From NCBI GenBank assembly GCA_965249275.1, contig CBDFLQ010000007.1:384001-448000 (forward strand): DNA of 64,000 bases, given 5' to 3'. The position numbers and the translations under genes are program-made. The notes beneath the pieces were generated by a model that saw nothing but the letters and a program-made list of their open reading frames with translations, was not told where the DNA came from and made no database searches. This DNA is from Dehalococcoidia bacterium (lineage in GTDB: Bacteria; Chloroflexota; Dehalococcoidia; Plut-88900). This document shows positions 18,142 to 27,242 of this stretch, piece after piece; position 1 is the stretch's first letter; each line of letters opens with the position of its first letter.

Positions 18142-18662
18142 TCGAGCCCTTTCTCAACTCTGCCCGCAAGTTGGACTGTCATCGGGACTTCCACGCAGCC
18201 GTTGTTGTGCAATGGGCAATACGCACAGTCCTTTTCCAGCTTGGGGATCGGGACGGTGGCCCTGGCGAACCCCATCCCTTCAAACGCACCCGTAGCGTAG
18301 GTCTGGGTCAGCGTGTGAAGAGTATCGTAGCCCTTCTCCCTGGCCGCCTCCTGGCATCGCTTGATCAGCTTGGATGCGATGCCCCGGCGCTGGAATCGCT
18401 CCTCGACGGCCAGCGACCTGAGCTCAGCTATACCGTCGTACTCCATGAGAGATGCGCAGCCTGCGAACTCGCCCTCGGTAGCGGCTATGAAGAACCGGCC
18501 CTCGGACACCAGAGACCGAACTTCATCCTCACCCACCGGCAGGAGAAAACCCTCCGCCGCTTCCCCCGAGTGCCGAAACCGATAAAGCTCTATCAGGCGG
18601 CTTATCGGCGCTACGTGCTCGGGGCCCGCTTTTGATATCCGAACGGACTTGGTTACTGTCAT
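18135..18662 (-). CDS. GNAT N-acetyltransferase, short ArgA-like
   Basis: AELRSLAV...QRRGIASKL and a C-terminal KDCAYCP...C motif like short-form N-acetylglutamate synthases. Confidence 0.8.
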   Translation of the reverse strand: MTVTKSVRISKAGPEHVAPISRLIELYRFRHSGEAAEGFLLPVGEDEVRSLVSEGRFFIAATEGEFAGCASLMEYDGIAELRSLAVEERFQRRGIASKLIKRCQEAAREKGYDTLHTLTQTYATGAFEGMGFARATVPIPKLEKDCAYCPLHNNGCVEVPMTVQLAGRVEKGLEC

Positions 18663-18682
18663 GTCTAAAGCCTAAGTCCGTC

Positions 18683-19999
18683 TCACATCAAACGTGGCGG
18701 AACCGGTGTCTTCTCCTCTGCAAACCGACTCGGTCTGAAGGAATTGATGTCTACCGATGTCCTTCCATCGATGATCAGGTCTGCCAGCAACTTCCCAACT
18801 ATCGGCCCAACCGCAAAGCCATGTCCACTGAAGCCCGTCGCCAGGTAAAACCCCTCAATCCCCTTCACCGGCCCGATGATAGGCAGAAAGTCGGGCGTCA
18901 TGTCCACGTAACCACCCCACGTCCGAGTCAAGCGCAGTCCCTTCATTTCCGGCACCAGCTGTCCCACCAGCTTCAGTTTGCGTGCTATGTTCTCGGGTTG
19001 GGGTATCGGCTCGGTCCCGACAGGGGCAGGGTTGCTGTGCCCTGTCCCCGTCACCTTCTTGACTAGCGCTGCAAAATCCAGCTTGAGGATGTCCCGGTTC
19101 AACTTCAATGAAACGTCTCCCCGGTACTTGAGTAACCGGGGAATCCAGACCGCCAGGTCCCGCAGGTCATGCAGCGACAGGTCGTGATAGACGTCCAGCT
19201 TGCGGTAGCCGCCCGTGACCCGGAACGTCCCCGAGGCCGTCTGCCGAGACCCGTAGGTCGGACCTCTCAGGAAGCAGTCGAAGAGGCGGGGCGCGGGTTC
19301 CGTCTCCCCCTGCACGACCTTGATCAGCTGTATAGGCAGCTTAACACCCAGCCGGTCGGCGAGACGGTAGCCCCAAACACCAGCCGCGTCCAGGACCACG
19401 GGAGTAGAAATCTCTCCACGATTCGTTACCACTGAAGCGACCTTACCCGCCCTAGTGACTACCTCAGTTGCGAGGCAGCCCGTAACTATCTGCGCGCCGT
19501 ACTCGCGGGCAGATCTGGCGAAAGAATCCACCACTTTCACAGGGTTTACGTGGCCCTCGTGCGGGGACCACGCAGCCCTGATGAAGGGGCCTTGCAGAAA
19601 GGGCCACTTGGCCCGGGCCTGGGCCGCATCGTACCACTGGATTTCGACACCCGATTTCTCCGCCCCCTTGATCATCTCCTCGAACAGCGGGATGTCTTCC
19701 TCGGTGTTGGCGATAACCAGCCTGCCGCCGTTGATCAGCTCTATATCCGTGCCCAGCTCGTCGTTCAGACCGAACCAGATCTCCATGCTGGCCTGGGCGA
19801 GGGCGAACTCGTCGGGGTGGTGTTTCCCAACCAGGCCGACAGCCGCCATCGTACGGCCGGAGGCCTCGTGTGCGATATCATCCTTCTCGAGGACCGCCAC
19901 CCGCCAGCCGCGCTTGGCCAGCCGGTACGCCGTGGAGCAACCGGTGATTCCAGCGCCGACGATTACCGCGTCGGCTTCGGTCGGAAATCCACTATCCAT
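18683..19999 (-). CDS. FAD-dependent oxidoreductase, DAO family; paralog of 16840-18141
   Basis: VGAGITG, EASGRT, EGHVNP, WGGYVDMTPD and SGHGFAVGP; shares the 'DVYH.LSLHDLRDL.VW.PRL' segment. Confidence 0.9.
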   Translation of the reverse strand: MDSGFPTEADAVIVGAGITGCSTAYRLAKRGWRVAVLEKDDIAHEASGRTMAAVGLVGKHHPDEFALAQASMEIWFGLNDELGTDIELINGGRLVIANTEEDIPLFEEMIKGAEKSGVEIQWYDAAQARAKWPFLQGPFIRAAWSPHEGHVNPVKVVDSFARSAREYGAQIVTGCLATEVVTRAGKVASVVTNRGEISTPVVLDAAGVWGYRLADRLGVKLPIQLIKVVQGETEPAPRLFDCFLRGPTYGSRQTASGTFRVTGGYRKLDVYHDLSLHDLRDLAVWIPRLLKYRGDVSLKLNRDILKLDFAALVKKVTGTGHSNPAPVGTEPIPQPENIARKLKLVGQLVPEMKGLRLTRTWGGYVDMTPDFLPIIGPVKGIEGFYLATGFSGHGFAVGPIVGKLLADLIIDGRTSVDINSFRPSRFAEEKTPVPPRLM

Positions 20000-20108
20000 T
20001 CGGTGACTTTAACAGCACGACTTACCCCATTCAAGACCGTGTACTGGTTTGCCAAGCGATGCCCCTCAACCCCATCCCCTCAAACGTGTACTCTCGATGC
20101 CTTTCACT

Positions 20109-20299
20109 CTGTCATCCCCAGGTCCCGCGCTGCAAGCCCACCGAGGCAGGAGGAATCTCGGACTCGCCTCCTCCCGAGGGGAGCCCGTCCGCCTAAGGCG
20201 GATCATTCCGGCCGCCGAGAACCGGCTATAAGTGCGCCGAGGCGTGAATCCATCCCTGGGTAGGGCCGCTCACCCTGAGCACCGTCGAAGGGTCGAGCG
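20109..20299. repeat. Cluster of REP-like palindromic elements
   Basis: CTGTCATCCC...GGAATCT, TCCGCCTAAGGCGGA (20188-20202), TCATTCCGG...GAATCCA and CCGCTCACCCTGAGCACCGTCGAAGGG resemble common REP-type short repeats. The TCCGCCTnAGGCGGA core recurs at 39890-39904. Confidence 0.6.
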
Positions 20300-20361
20300 A
20301 GGGGAGGGGCCCACGTTGTCAGTCCGTCGTGGTCGTCCCCCCCAAAAGTGACACGAACCCC

Positions 20362-20391
20362 TTGACCAGAGTTGTACACATGTACTATATT
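20362..20391 (+). promoter_or_regulatory. Sigma70 promoter overlapped by a putative LexA (SOS) box
   Basis: TTGACC-18 nt-TATATT, with palindrome GTAC-ACAT-GTAC (20374-20385) resembling the GAAC-N4-GTTC box of Firmicutes/Chloroflexi LexA. Confidence 0.55.
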
Positions 20392-20580
20392 CACACCCGA
20401 CTAGCTCGTCACTCACCCTAAACCCAAGGAGGAACCATAACCCAGGGGGAACCACGGCCCCGGCCCCCGAGGACTCAACGTCCCAGCCCATCCCAAAGGG
20501 CGGCCCATGCCGCCCCACGGCTCAAGCGAAAGCCGCCATCTCCTCTACCAAAGGCCCCGGCTCACCTTCCCCCCGCAACC

Positions 20581-20982
20581 CAGGCGATGGAAGGCCCACA
20601 GACTATACGCGGCAGGCCCCGTCCAACGACGCCCCTGCCGATTCAACGCTTCCCATTACCGGATGCGTTTACCCCGGCCCATTGCGCGCCGGTTTTCCCG
20701 GTAGGTCAACCGACCCCCGGTTTAGCAAGGCCCTCGTGTCCTTGTTTGTCCCGCCGTCCCTGCCATCCGTCTCTACGACCGATGCACCGGGACGCCGGTT
20801 CTGAAAGTCCGCCTCAAGCGGCATGTTCCCCGTCAGCGGTCCGGTCATGTGCCGCTGCCGGTGGGATCGGCCCCACACAACCCTGACCGCGGCCGACAAC
20901 GTGTGGGGATAAGCCAGCCCGGCGCCGATGGCCCGGCAACAACCCCCGGCCTGGATTCTAGTCACGGACCTTCCATCGCCTG
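20581..20982 (-). ncRNA. Candidate large structured non-coding RNA (~402 nt), family unassigned
   Basis: Terminal helix CAGGCGAUGGAAGGUCCGUGACUA / UAGUCUGUGGGCCUUCCAUCGCCUG closes with G-U wobbles only on the minus strand. About nine internal hairpins, including GCAA and GUAA tetraloops. Overlapping ORFs look non-protein-like. Confidence 0.7.
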
Positions 20983-21147
20983 CCCCCTCCCAAACAAAAC
21001 CGAGACACCATCACCACATTTCAATAGAACCTGGGAAGCGTAGATCATCGCTCCTCATGGAAGGAGGTTCTCCAACTATCGGATATGTACGCACAATTTT
21101 GCCCATCCTTGACCCGACACCACCCCTGTGCTACAAAGGGGCCGCTT

Positions 21148-22584
21148 ATGGACAACCCATCCGTCCCCCGCCCCGACATCGACGCTATTCTCAATCCCGG
21201 CTCCATCGCCGTCGTCGGTGCGTCAACCCACCCCGCAAAGCAGGGCCACACCTACGTAAGCGCTCTCCGCGAGTTTGGCTTTCAGGGCCAGGTCTACCCC
21301 ATCAATCCGAAGGCCGAGGAGGTGGCTGGGTACACCTGCTACCCCTCCCTCAAGGACGTGCCCGGCCCCGTGGACTACGTCATCTCCGCCGTGCCCGCTC
21401 CCCTTCTTCCTCAAGTCATGAAGGATGCCCGCGGCAAGCAGGTCAAGGGAATCCACCTGTTCACTGCACGAATGGCCGAGATGGCCACCGAGGAGGGACT
21501 CGCGCTGGAAGCCGGCATCATCAGGTCAGCAAGGGAGCTCGGGGCACGGATAATCGGGCCCAACTGCATGGGTCTGTACAATCCCGGTCACGGCATCTCC
21601 TTCAGACAAAACCTTCCGAAGCAGCCCGGCCACGTGGGATTCCTCAGCCAGAGCGGCGGCAACACGGTGGAGTTCGTCTACCGCGCCTCGCTGCGTGGCG
21701 TCTTCTTCAGCAAGGCCGTGAGCTACGGCAACGCCGCCGACCTCAACGAGTGCGACCTACTGGAGTATTTCACCCACGACCCCGAGACCTCGATCATCGC
21801 CTGCTACATTGAGGGCATCAGGGGCGGGCCCCGCTTCTTTGAAGTCCTTTCGCAAGCGGCATCGGTAAAGCCCGTCGTGTTGCTGAAGGGGGGTCGAGGG
21901 AAAGCCGGGACACGGGCGGTCGCCTCTCATACCGCCTCCCTAGCCGGGTCCACACAAATATGGCGCTCTGCCGTGACCCAGGCCGGGGCAATCTGGGCCG
22001 AGACCATAGAGGAGATGACCGATATCGCAGTGGCGCTGCGCTTTATGGAGCGGCCTCGGGGCCCGAGGGTCGGGATCATCTGTGGTGGAGGTGGCAACAC
22101 CGTACACAGCGCCGACATCTGCGAAGCCGCAGGACTCACGGTCGAACCTCTGCCCGAGTCCGCGCGCTCGGGTTTCAAGGAACATCTTCCCGACACCTGG
22201 TTCCACACCAACAACCCCTTTGATTTATCGGGCATTATGTCGAGCGACGACCACGGCATGACCATGCCCCTCGCCGTGCGTCTCATGGCCGAAAGCGGGG
22301 CCTTCGACCTGATCCTCATAGACCCCGACATAGATTTCCACTTCGACCATCAACTGGCTCGGGGGCGGGTTTTCCGCCTTATGGAGATCCTCACCAAGCT
22401 GCCCAAAGAGATCAAGATCCCCGTAGCAATGATCATCCGTCCCGGTGACGCGTTGGAAGAGTGGCGCTGGCGCGCCGTCACCGAGCTTCAACAAATGGCC
22501 TGGGAAGCGGGAGTCCCGGTGTACAACTCGATGCCTCGGGCCGCCGCCTGCATCACGAAAGTATTGGCCAGTCCCGGGCACTGA
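21148..22584 (+). CDS. Acyl-CoA synthetase (NDP-forming) alpha subunit, CoA-binding
   Basis: SIAVVGAS, YPINP, IIGPNCMG, SQSGG, SYGN.ADL and phospho-His motif ASHTAS. Confidence 0.9.
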   Translation: MDNPSVPRPDIDAILNPGSIAVVGASTHPAKQGHTYVSALREFGFQGQVYPINPKAEEVAGYTCYPSLKDVPGPVDYVISAVPAPLLPQVMKDARGKQVKGIHLFTARMAEMATEEGLALEAGIIRSARELGARIIGPNCMGLYNPGHGISFRQNLPKQPGHVGFLSQSGGNTVEFVYRASLRGVFFSKAVSYGNAADLNECDLLEYFTHDPETSIIACYIEGIRGGPRFFEVLSQAASVKPVVLLKGGRGKAGTRAVASHTASLAGSTQIWRSAVTQAGAIWAETIEEMTDIAVALRFMERPRGPRVGIICGGGGNTVHSADICEAAGLTVEPLPESARSGFKEHLPDTWFHTNNPFDLSGIMSSDDHGMTMPLAVRLMAESGAFDLILIDPDIDFHFDHQLARGRVFRLMEILTKLPKEIKIPVAMIIRPGDALEEWRWRAVTELQQMAWEAGVPVYNSMPRAAACITKVLASPGH

Positions 22585-22619
22585 CCTAGTGGGGACAAAT
22601 CGTCCCTCTCTCCGATTCC

Positions 22620-24341
22620 CTAGCGACGCCCGAATTCCTTTTCAAGCAGGCTGGAACTCAAGTGCACCAGCGTTGGCCTGCCGTGAGGACAGGTGTGGGG
22701 GCTCGCCGCCTGCTCCAGCAGACGCACAACCTCTTCCATCGACGCCTGTTGCAGCACGTCCCCGGCACGTATGGCGCTATGGCAGGCTATGGATGCAGCC
22801 AGCCGCTCCTCGCTTTGCTCTGGGGAGGCGGGATCGAGCAGGGAGTCCAGGACGTCCAGGAAAGCTCGGTCCGGGGCTCGGGCCGAAAGCATGGCCGGGA
22901 CTGCTCTGAGCACGTACGCTCCATCTCCGAACGGTTCGACGTCAAACCCGTGTCCTCGAAGCAGTTCCTCCACCTGGGTCAGGCTTTCTCTTTGCACAGG
23001 TGAAAGGTCGACGGTAGCAGGAGCCAGCATTCCCTGTACCTGCACTCGCTTCTCCGACCGTTCTTTCAGCACCCTTTCGAAGAGCACCCGTTCGTGGGCA
23101 GCGTGCTGGTCGACCAGGTACATTCCGTCCGGGCCCTCAGCCACTATGTAAGTGTTGCTGACCTGACCGACCACCCTCAGAAGCGGCAGCGTGCTCTTCG
23201 TTAACATCGTGGGAGCAGCAGGTGTATCGTGCGCCGGGACCCGGGGCCCCGATGCCCAACCTAGAAGGTCCGACCCCAGGGGTGTCTTCCTGAAAGAAGT
23301 GTCGGGAGTTGCGCCAGGGACATTGGTGGCTAGGGCTGCAGAATGCACGGGGCTCGATTCGACCAGCGCCTGTCTTACCACCCGCTGAACCAGGCTAAAC
23401 ATCTCCCGGTCTTTCCTGAACCTCACCTCAGTCTTGGAGGGATTCACGTTGACGTCAACATCCGCCGGGGATACCTCGATTAGGAGAACGGCCACGGGCC
23501 TGCGCCCGACCATCAGCAGGTTCTGGTATGCCTCTTCCACTGCGTAGTTGAGCCTCCTGTCCTGGATCCACCGACCGTTCAGGACAAGGGTCACGTATCC
23601 CGTCTGGGCTCGGCTCACCGTTGGCGGGCCTGCCAACCCCTCGACTCTTCCAACGCCATTCTCCTCGCCCGACAACTCCAGCATCGCCGCGGCAGTGTCC
23701 GCTCCATAGACGCTGGAGACCGCTTCGCGTAAGCCACCAGCGCCGGTGGTTGAAAGTGCTTTACGGCCATCGATGGTCAGGCTGAATCTGACCGAGGGCC
23801 GGGCCATCGAGTACCGGGTGACCAGATTGCCGATGCGCCCATTTTCCGTGGCCACGGATTTCATGAACTTCAGCCTGGCTGGGACGTTTTGGAAGAGGTG
23901 GGTTACCCGCACGGTGGTGCCCCGAGGCCTGCCCACCGCTTCCCTTTTCATAAACTCGCCAGCCTGAAGGCGGACCCGGGTCCCGGCCTGCTCACTCTCA
24001 ACTCTCGTCAGCAGTTCCATGTCGGAAACGGAGGCGATGCTAGGCAGGGCCTCACCCCGGAACCCGAGGGTGGCGATCTTCTCAAGGTCGCCGCTGGAGG
24101 TGAGTTTGCTGGTTGCGTGCCTCAGGAAAGCTGTCTCCACGTCGGCGGACGGGATGCCTGCACCGTCGTCCACCACCCGTATGAGCTTCAGCCCCCCACC
24201 CGACACCTCCACTGCGATCTGCGAAGCCCCTGCGTCCAAGCTGTTTTCGACAAGCTCCTTCACCACGGAGGCCGGTCTTTCCACCACCTCCCCGGCAGCG
24301 ATCTGGGCAGCAGTCTCAGGAGTGAGTACCCTAATTGCCAT
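22620..24341 (-). CDS. mutL: DNA mismatch repair endonuclease MutL
   Basis: IAAGEVVERPASVVKELVENSLDA, GFRGEAL, DQHAAHER, ACH and CPHGRP motifs. Confidence 0.97.
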   Translation of the reverse strand: MAIRVLTPETAAQIAAGEVVERPASVVKELVENSLDAGASQIAVEVSGGGLKLIRVVDDGAGIPSADVETAFLRHATSKLTSSGDLEKIATLGFRGEALPSIASVSDMELLTRVESEQAGTRVRLQAGEFMKREAVGRPRGTTVRVTHLFQNVPARLKFMKSVATENGRIGNLVTRYSMARPSVRFSLTIDGRKALSTTGAGGLREAVSSVYGADTAAAMLELSGEENGVGRVEGLAGPPTVSRAQTGYVTLVLNGRWIQDRRLNYAVEEAYQNLLMVGRRPVAVLLIEVSPADVDVNVNPSKTEVRFRKDREMFSLVQRVVRQALVESSPVHSAALATNVPGATPDTSFRKTPLGSDLLGWASGPRVPAHDTPAAPTMLTKSTLPLLRVVGQVSNTYIVAEGPDGMYLVDQHAAHERVLFERVLKERSEKRVQVQGMLAPATVDLSPVQRESLTQVEELLRGHGFDVEPFGDGAYVLRAVPAMLSARAPDRAFLDVLDSLLDPASPEQSEERLAASIACHSAIRAGDVLQQASMEEVVRLLEQAASPHTCPHGRPTLVHLSSSLLEKEFGRR

Positions 24342-24350
24342 GGCTCGAAC

Positions 24351-26945
24351 CTACTCCGCGCCCCGGCCTTTCTTGGCCTCTTCCTGCAGTTCGTAAAGCT
24401 TGAGTATGGCGTCCCGCGGGGTCATGGATGCGATGTCGATTTCGGCGAGCTCCTTTACCACAGGAGAGGAGTCGGCGGGAAGCGTGAAGAAGGACATTTG
24501 CCACGGCCCCGAGTCCTCGCTCTGCGGGGCAACACCCGGCGAGGGCTTCGCGCCGTTTTCCAAATGTTCCAGCACTCGGGATGCCCGGTCTATCACGGTT
24601 CTCGGGATCCCGGCCAGCTGTGCCACGTGAATCCCGTAGCTCTTGTCAGCGCCGCCCGGGACCACCTTGTGCAGGAAGACGGCCTTCCCATCTTCCTCAG
24701 CCACCGACACGTTGAAGTTCACTATCCGTGGAAAGGTGTCGGCGAGTTTGACCAACTCGTGGTAATGGGTGGCAAAGATGGTCTTGGCTGAGGCCCGGGG
24801 GTCAGTGTGGATGTGCTCGATTACCGCCTGGGCGATGGATAGGCCGTCATAGGTGCTCGTGCCCCTGCCGATCTCGTCCAGGATGATCAGGGACTTGGGT
24901 GTCGCCAAATGGAGGATCCTGGCCGTTTCCAGCATCTCGATCATAAAGGTCGAGCGGCCCGTCGAGAGGTCATCCTGCAAGCCGACCCTCGTGAATATAC
25001 GGTCCACCAATCCGATGTGAGCGTTCTCCGCAGGGACAAAGCTCCCGATCTGTGACATCAGGGTTATCAGGGCTGCCTGCCTCATGTACGTGGATTTCCC
25101 CGACATGTTGGGCCCCGTAAGCACGATGATCTGCTGCTCCTCGCCCGTCAGGTGCAAGTCGTTGGGGACGAACACGCCCTCTCCGACCACCCTTTCCACC
25201 ACCGGGTGCCTACCCCCGACTATGCTGATGACCCCGTCATCCGATAGCTCTGGGCGCACGTAGCCGTACAGGGAAGCCACCTCGGCGAGGCTGCTGAACA
25301 GGTCGACCAGGGCAAGGGTCCCGGCCAGATCGTGGATCTTGACAACCGAACTCGCCACCTGGGCGCACAGATGCCGGTATATGGCCTGCTCCAGCTCCTC
25401 CACCTTCTCCTGCGCCCCGAGAATCAAGGCCTCGAACTCTTTGAGCTCCGGTGTGACATAGCGCTCGCCGTTCACCAGGGTCTGCTTGCGGATGTACCCC
25501 GCCGGGACCTGGGGCAGGTGGGATCTGCTGACCTCCACGTAGTAGCCGAAAACCCTGTTATAGCCCACCCGCAGCGACTTGATCCCCGTCTTCCGGCGCT
25601 CGTCTCGCTCCAGCGCCGCGATAAAGCCCCTCGCCTCCGACGAGGCGTTCCTCATCTTGTCCAGCTCCGCGTCAAAGCCCACGCGGACCACCCCGCCTCC
25701 CCCCACCGTCGTCGACGGTTCGTCCATCAACGTCCGCGAAATGAGATCTACTACGTCCGTGCAATCGGGCATTGAGTCCAGGACCCAGGACACCCCGTTC
25801 AGCCCTGCATCCTGGATGGTCTGTTTGATCTCGGGGCCCAGTTCCAGGCCTCTCTTCAGAGCCATCAATTCCTTGGGGTTGGCGATTCCACGTTGCACGC
25901 GCACCGCCGTGCGCTCCACGTCTCCCACCTTGGACAGCAACTTCGTTACTCGTGTCCGGCAAACCCCGTCGGCGTAGAAGGCATGCACCGAGTCCAGTCT
26001 CCGGTCCAGGGCCTCCAGGTCGAACAAGGGCTGCCCGATCCACTCTTTCAGGAGTCGGGCGCCCATCGGCGTGCTGGTGCGGTCCAGCACCCACAACAGA
26101 GAGCCCTCCACCTCATCCCGCCAGGCGCTGCGGAAGAGTTCCAGGTTTCGCCGCGTCTGCGGGTCCAGGACCACCGTCTTGTCCAGAGAATAGGTTGAAG
26201 GGCCGGCCAAGGCCCCCGCCGCCGCCTTCTGAGTCGCCCTCAAGTAATCGACCAGCCCTCCCGCAGCCCGGATGGCCAGCGGCAGGCCCTCGCAGCCAAA
26301 GGACTCCAGGCTGGTCACGCTGAAATGCTCCAGCAATATCCGCTCCGCTTCATCGCTGTCGGATGTTACCGGCCCGGCGCATGTCACGGGGGCCGAGGGC
26401 CAAGCAGGCTCGGGACTAACGCTCTCCGGTAGGAGCAGCTCGGATGGCGCGAGGCGATCAAGCTCGGGGGCGAGAGCGGCTTCGGGGAGCTGGGCTACCC
26501 GGAACTCGCCGGTGCTTATGTCGGTGTAGGCAATCCCGGCCTCGGGCCCTTCCGGCACCACCGACACCAGGTAGTTGTTCCTCTTGTGGTCCAGGATTTC
26601 CGGCTCGACTACCGTACCGGGTGTGACCACCCTGACCACTTCCCGGTCCACAAGGCCGCGGGCGAGGTTGGCGTCACCCACCTGCTCGCAGATGGCTACC
26701 TTAAAGCCTCGGTTAACAAGCTTTGCAAGGTAGCCGTCCAGCGCATGGTGGGGCAGTCCTGCCATCGGGAAGCGCTTGCCGCGGCCCATCTCCCTCGACG
26801 TCAGGGTGATGGCCAACTCCTTAGAAACTATGCGGGCGTCCTCGTCGAAGGTCTCGTAAAAGTCGCCCAAGCGGAAGAAGACCAGTACGTCGGGGTACTG
26901 TTTCTTGATGCTCAGGTATTGTCGTCGGATGGGTGTGGAAGCCAA
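24351..26945 (-). CDS. mutS: DNA mismatch repair protein MutS
   Basis: FRLGDFYETF, TGPNMSGKSTY, STFMIEM, DEIGRGTS, THYHEL and SYGIHVA motifs. Confidence 0.97.
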   Translation of the reverse strand: MASTPIRRQYLSIKKQYPDVLVFFRLGDFYETFDEDARIVSKELAITLTSREMGRGKRFPMAGLPHHALDGYLAKLVNRGFKVAICEQVGDANLARGLVDREVVRVVTPGTVVEPEILDHKRNNYLVSVVPEGPEAGIAYTDISTGEFRVAQLPEAALAPELDRLAPSELLLPESVSPEPAWPSAPVTCAGPVTSDSDEAERILLEHFSVTSLESFGCEGLPLAIRAAGGLVDYLRATQKAAAGALAGPSTYSLDKTVVLDPQTRRNLELFRSAWRDEVEGSLLWVLDRTSTPMGARLLKEWIGQPLFDLEALDRRLDSVHAFYADGVCRTRVTKLLSKVGDVERTAVRVQRGIANPKELMALKRGLELGPEIKQTIQDAGLNGVSWVLDSMPDCTDVVDLISRTLMDEPSTTVGGGGVVRVGFDAELDKMRNASSEARGFIAALERDERRKTGIKSLRVGYNRVFGYYVEVSRSHLPQVPAGYIRKQTLVNGERYVTPELKEFEALILGAQEKVEELEQAIYRHLCAQVASSVVKIHDLAGTLALVDLFSSLAEVASLYGYVRPELSDDGVISIVGGRHPVVERVVGEGVFVPNDLHLTGEEQQIIVLTGPNMSGKSTYMRQAALITLMSQIGSFVPAENAHIGLVDRIFTRVGLQDDLSTGRSTFMIEMLETARILHLATPKSLIILDEIGRGTSTYDGLSIAQAVIEHIHTDPRASAKTIFATHYHELVKLADTFPRIVNFNVSVAEEDGKAVFLHKVVPGGADKSYGIHVAQLAGIPRTVIDRASRVLEHLENGAKPSPGVAPQSEDSGPWQMSFFTLPADSSPVVKELAEIDIASMTPRDAILKLYELQEEAKKGRGAE

Positions 26946-27063
26946 GGGGACTCCTTTAGGCTATTGTACCCGGAACATTCCCTGTCACAAGGGACTTACC
27001 GGAGTGGCTTCCCATCCAGGAATAGGTTGTTTCGCAGCGCAGCGAGCGGGGAGATTCAGAGGC

Positions 27064-27234
27064 TCAACCCCTGCTCTTGCTGAAGAACGCCACAAGGAAG
27101 AAAGCGCATCCCAAAAAGAAAGTAACGCTCGCTGCGATACCTACAGGGTCTCGGGCCAGCAGGCTTTGAGTGATGAACAAAAAGCTGCAAACCAGAAAGA
27201 CGATCCAGCCCGCAAGCTGAAAGGACCTCTGCAA
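27064..27234 (-). CDS. Small two-TM hypothetical membrane protein (~56 aa)
   Basis: LQRSFQLAGWIVFLVCSFLFITQSLLARDPVGIAASVTFFLGCAFFLVAFFSKSRG; TTG start 8 nt after the upstream stop codon. Confidence 0.55.
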   Translation of the reverse strand: MQRSFQLAGWIVFLVCSFLFITQSLLARDPVGIAASVTFFLGCAFFLVAFFSKSRG

Positions 27235-27242
27235 TGCGGGGC

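Noticed and set aside
20800-20955. RNase P RNA on the plus strand (GAAAGTCCG ... ACAACCCCCGGC)
   Set aside because: The motifs are only about 130 nt apart, the GAGGAAAGUCC context and P4 pairing are not met, and wobble pairs and GNRA loops favour the minus strand.
20598-20963. Group I intron, from the P7-like GACTA/TAGTC pairing (ACAGACTATACG ... TAGTC)
   Set aside because: The pairing is simply the inner end of the terminal helix; I see no P3 pseudoknot, P4-P6 domain or interrupted host gene. A covariance-model search should still include this family.
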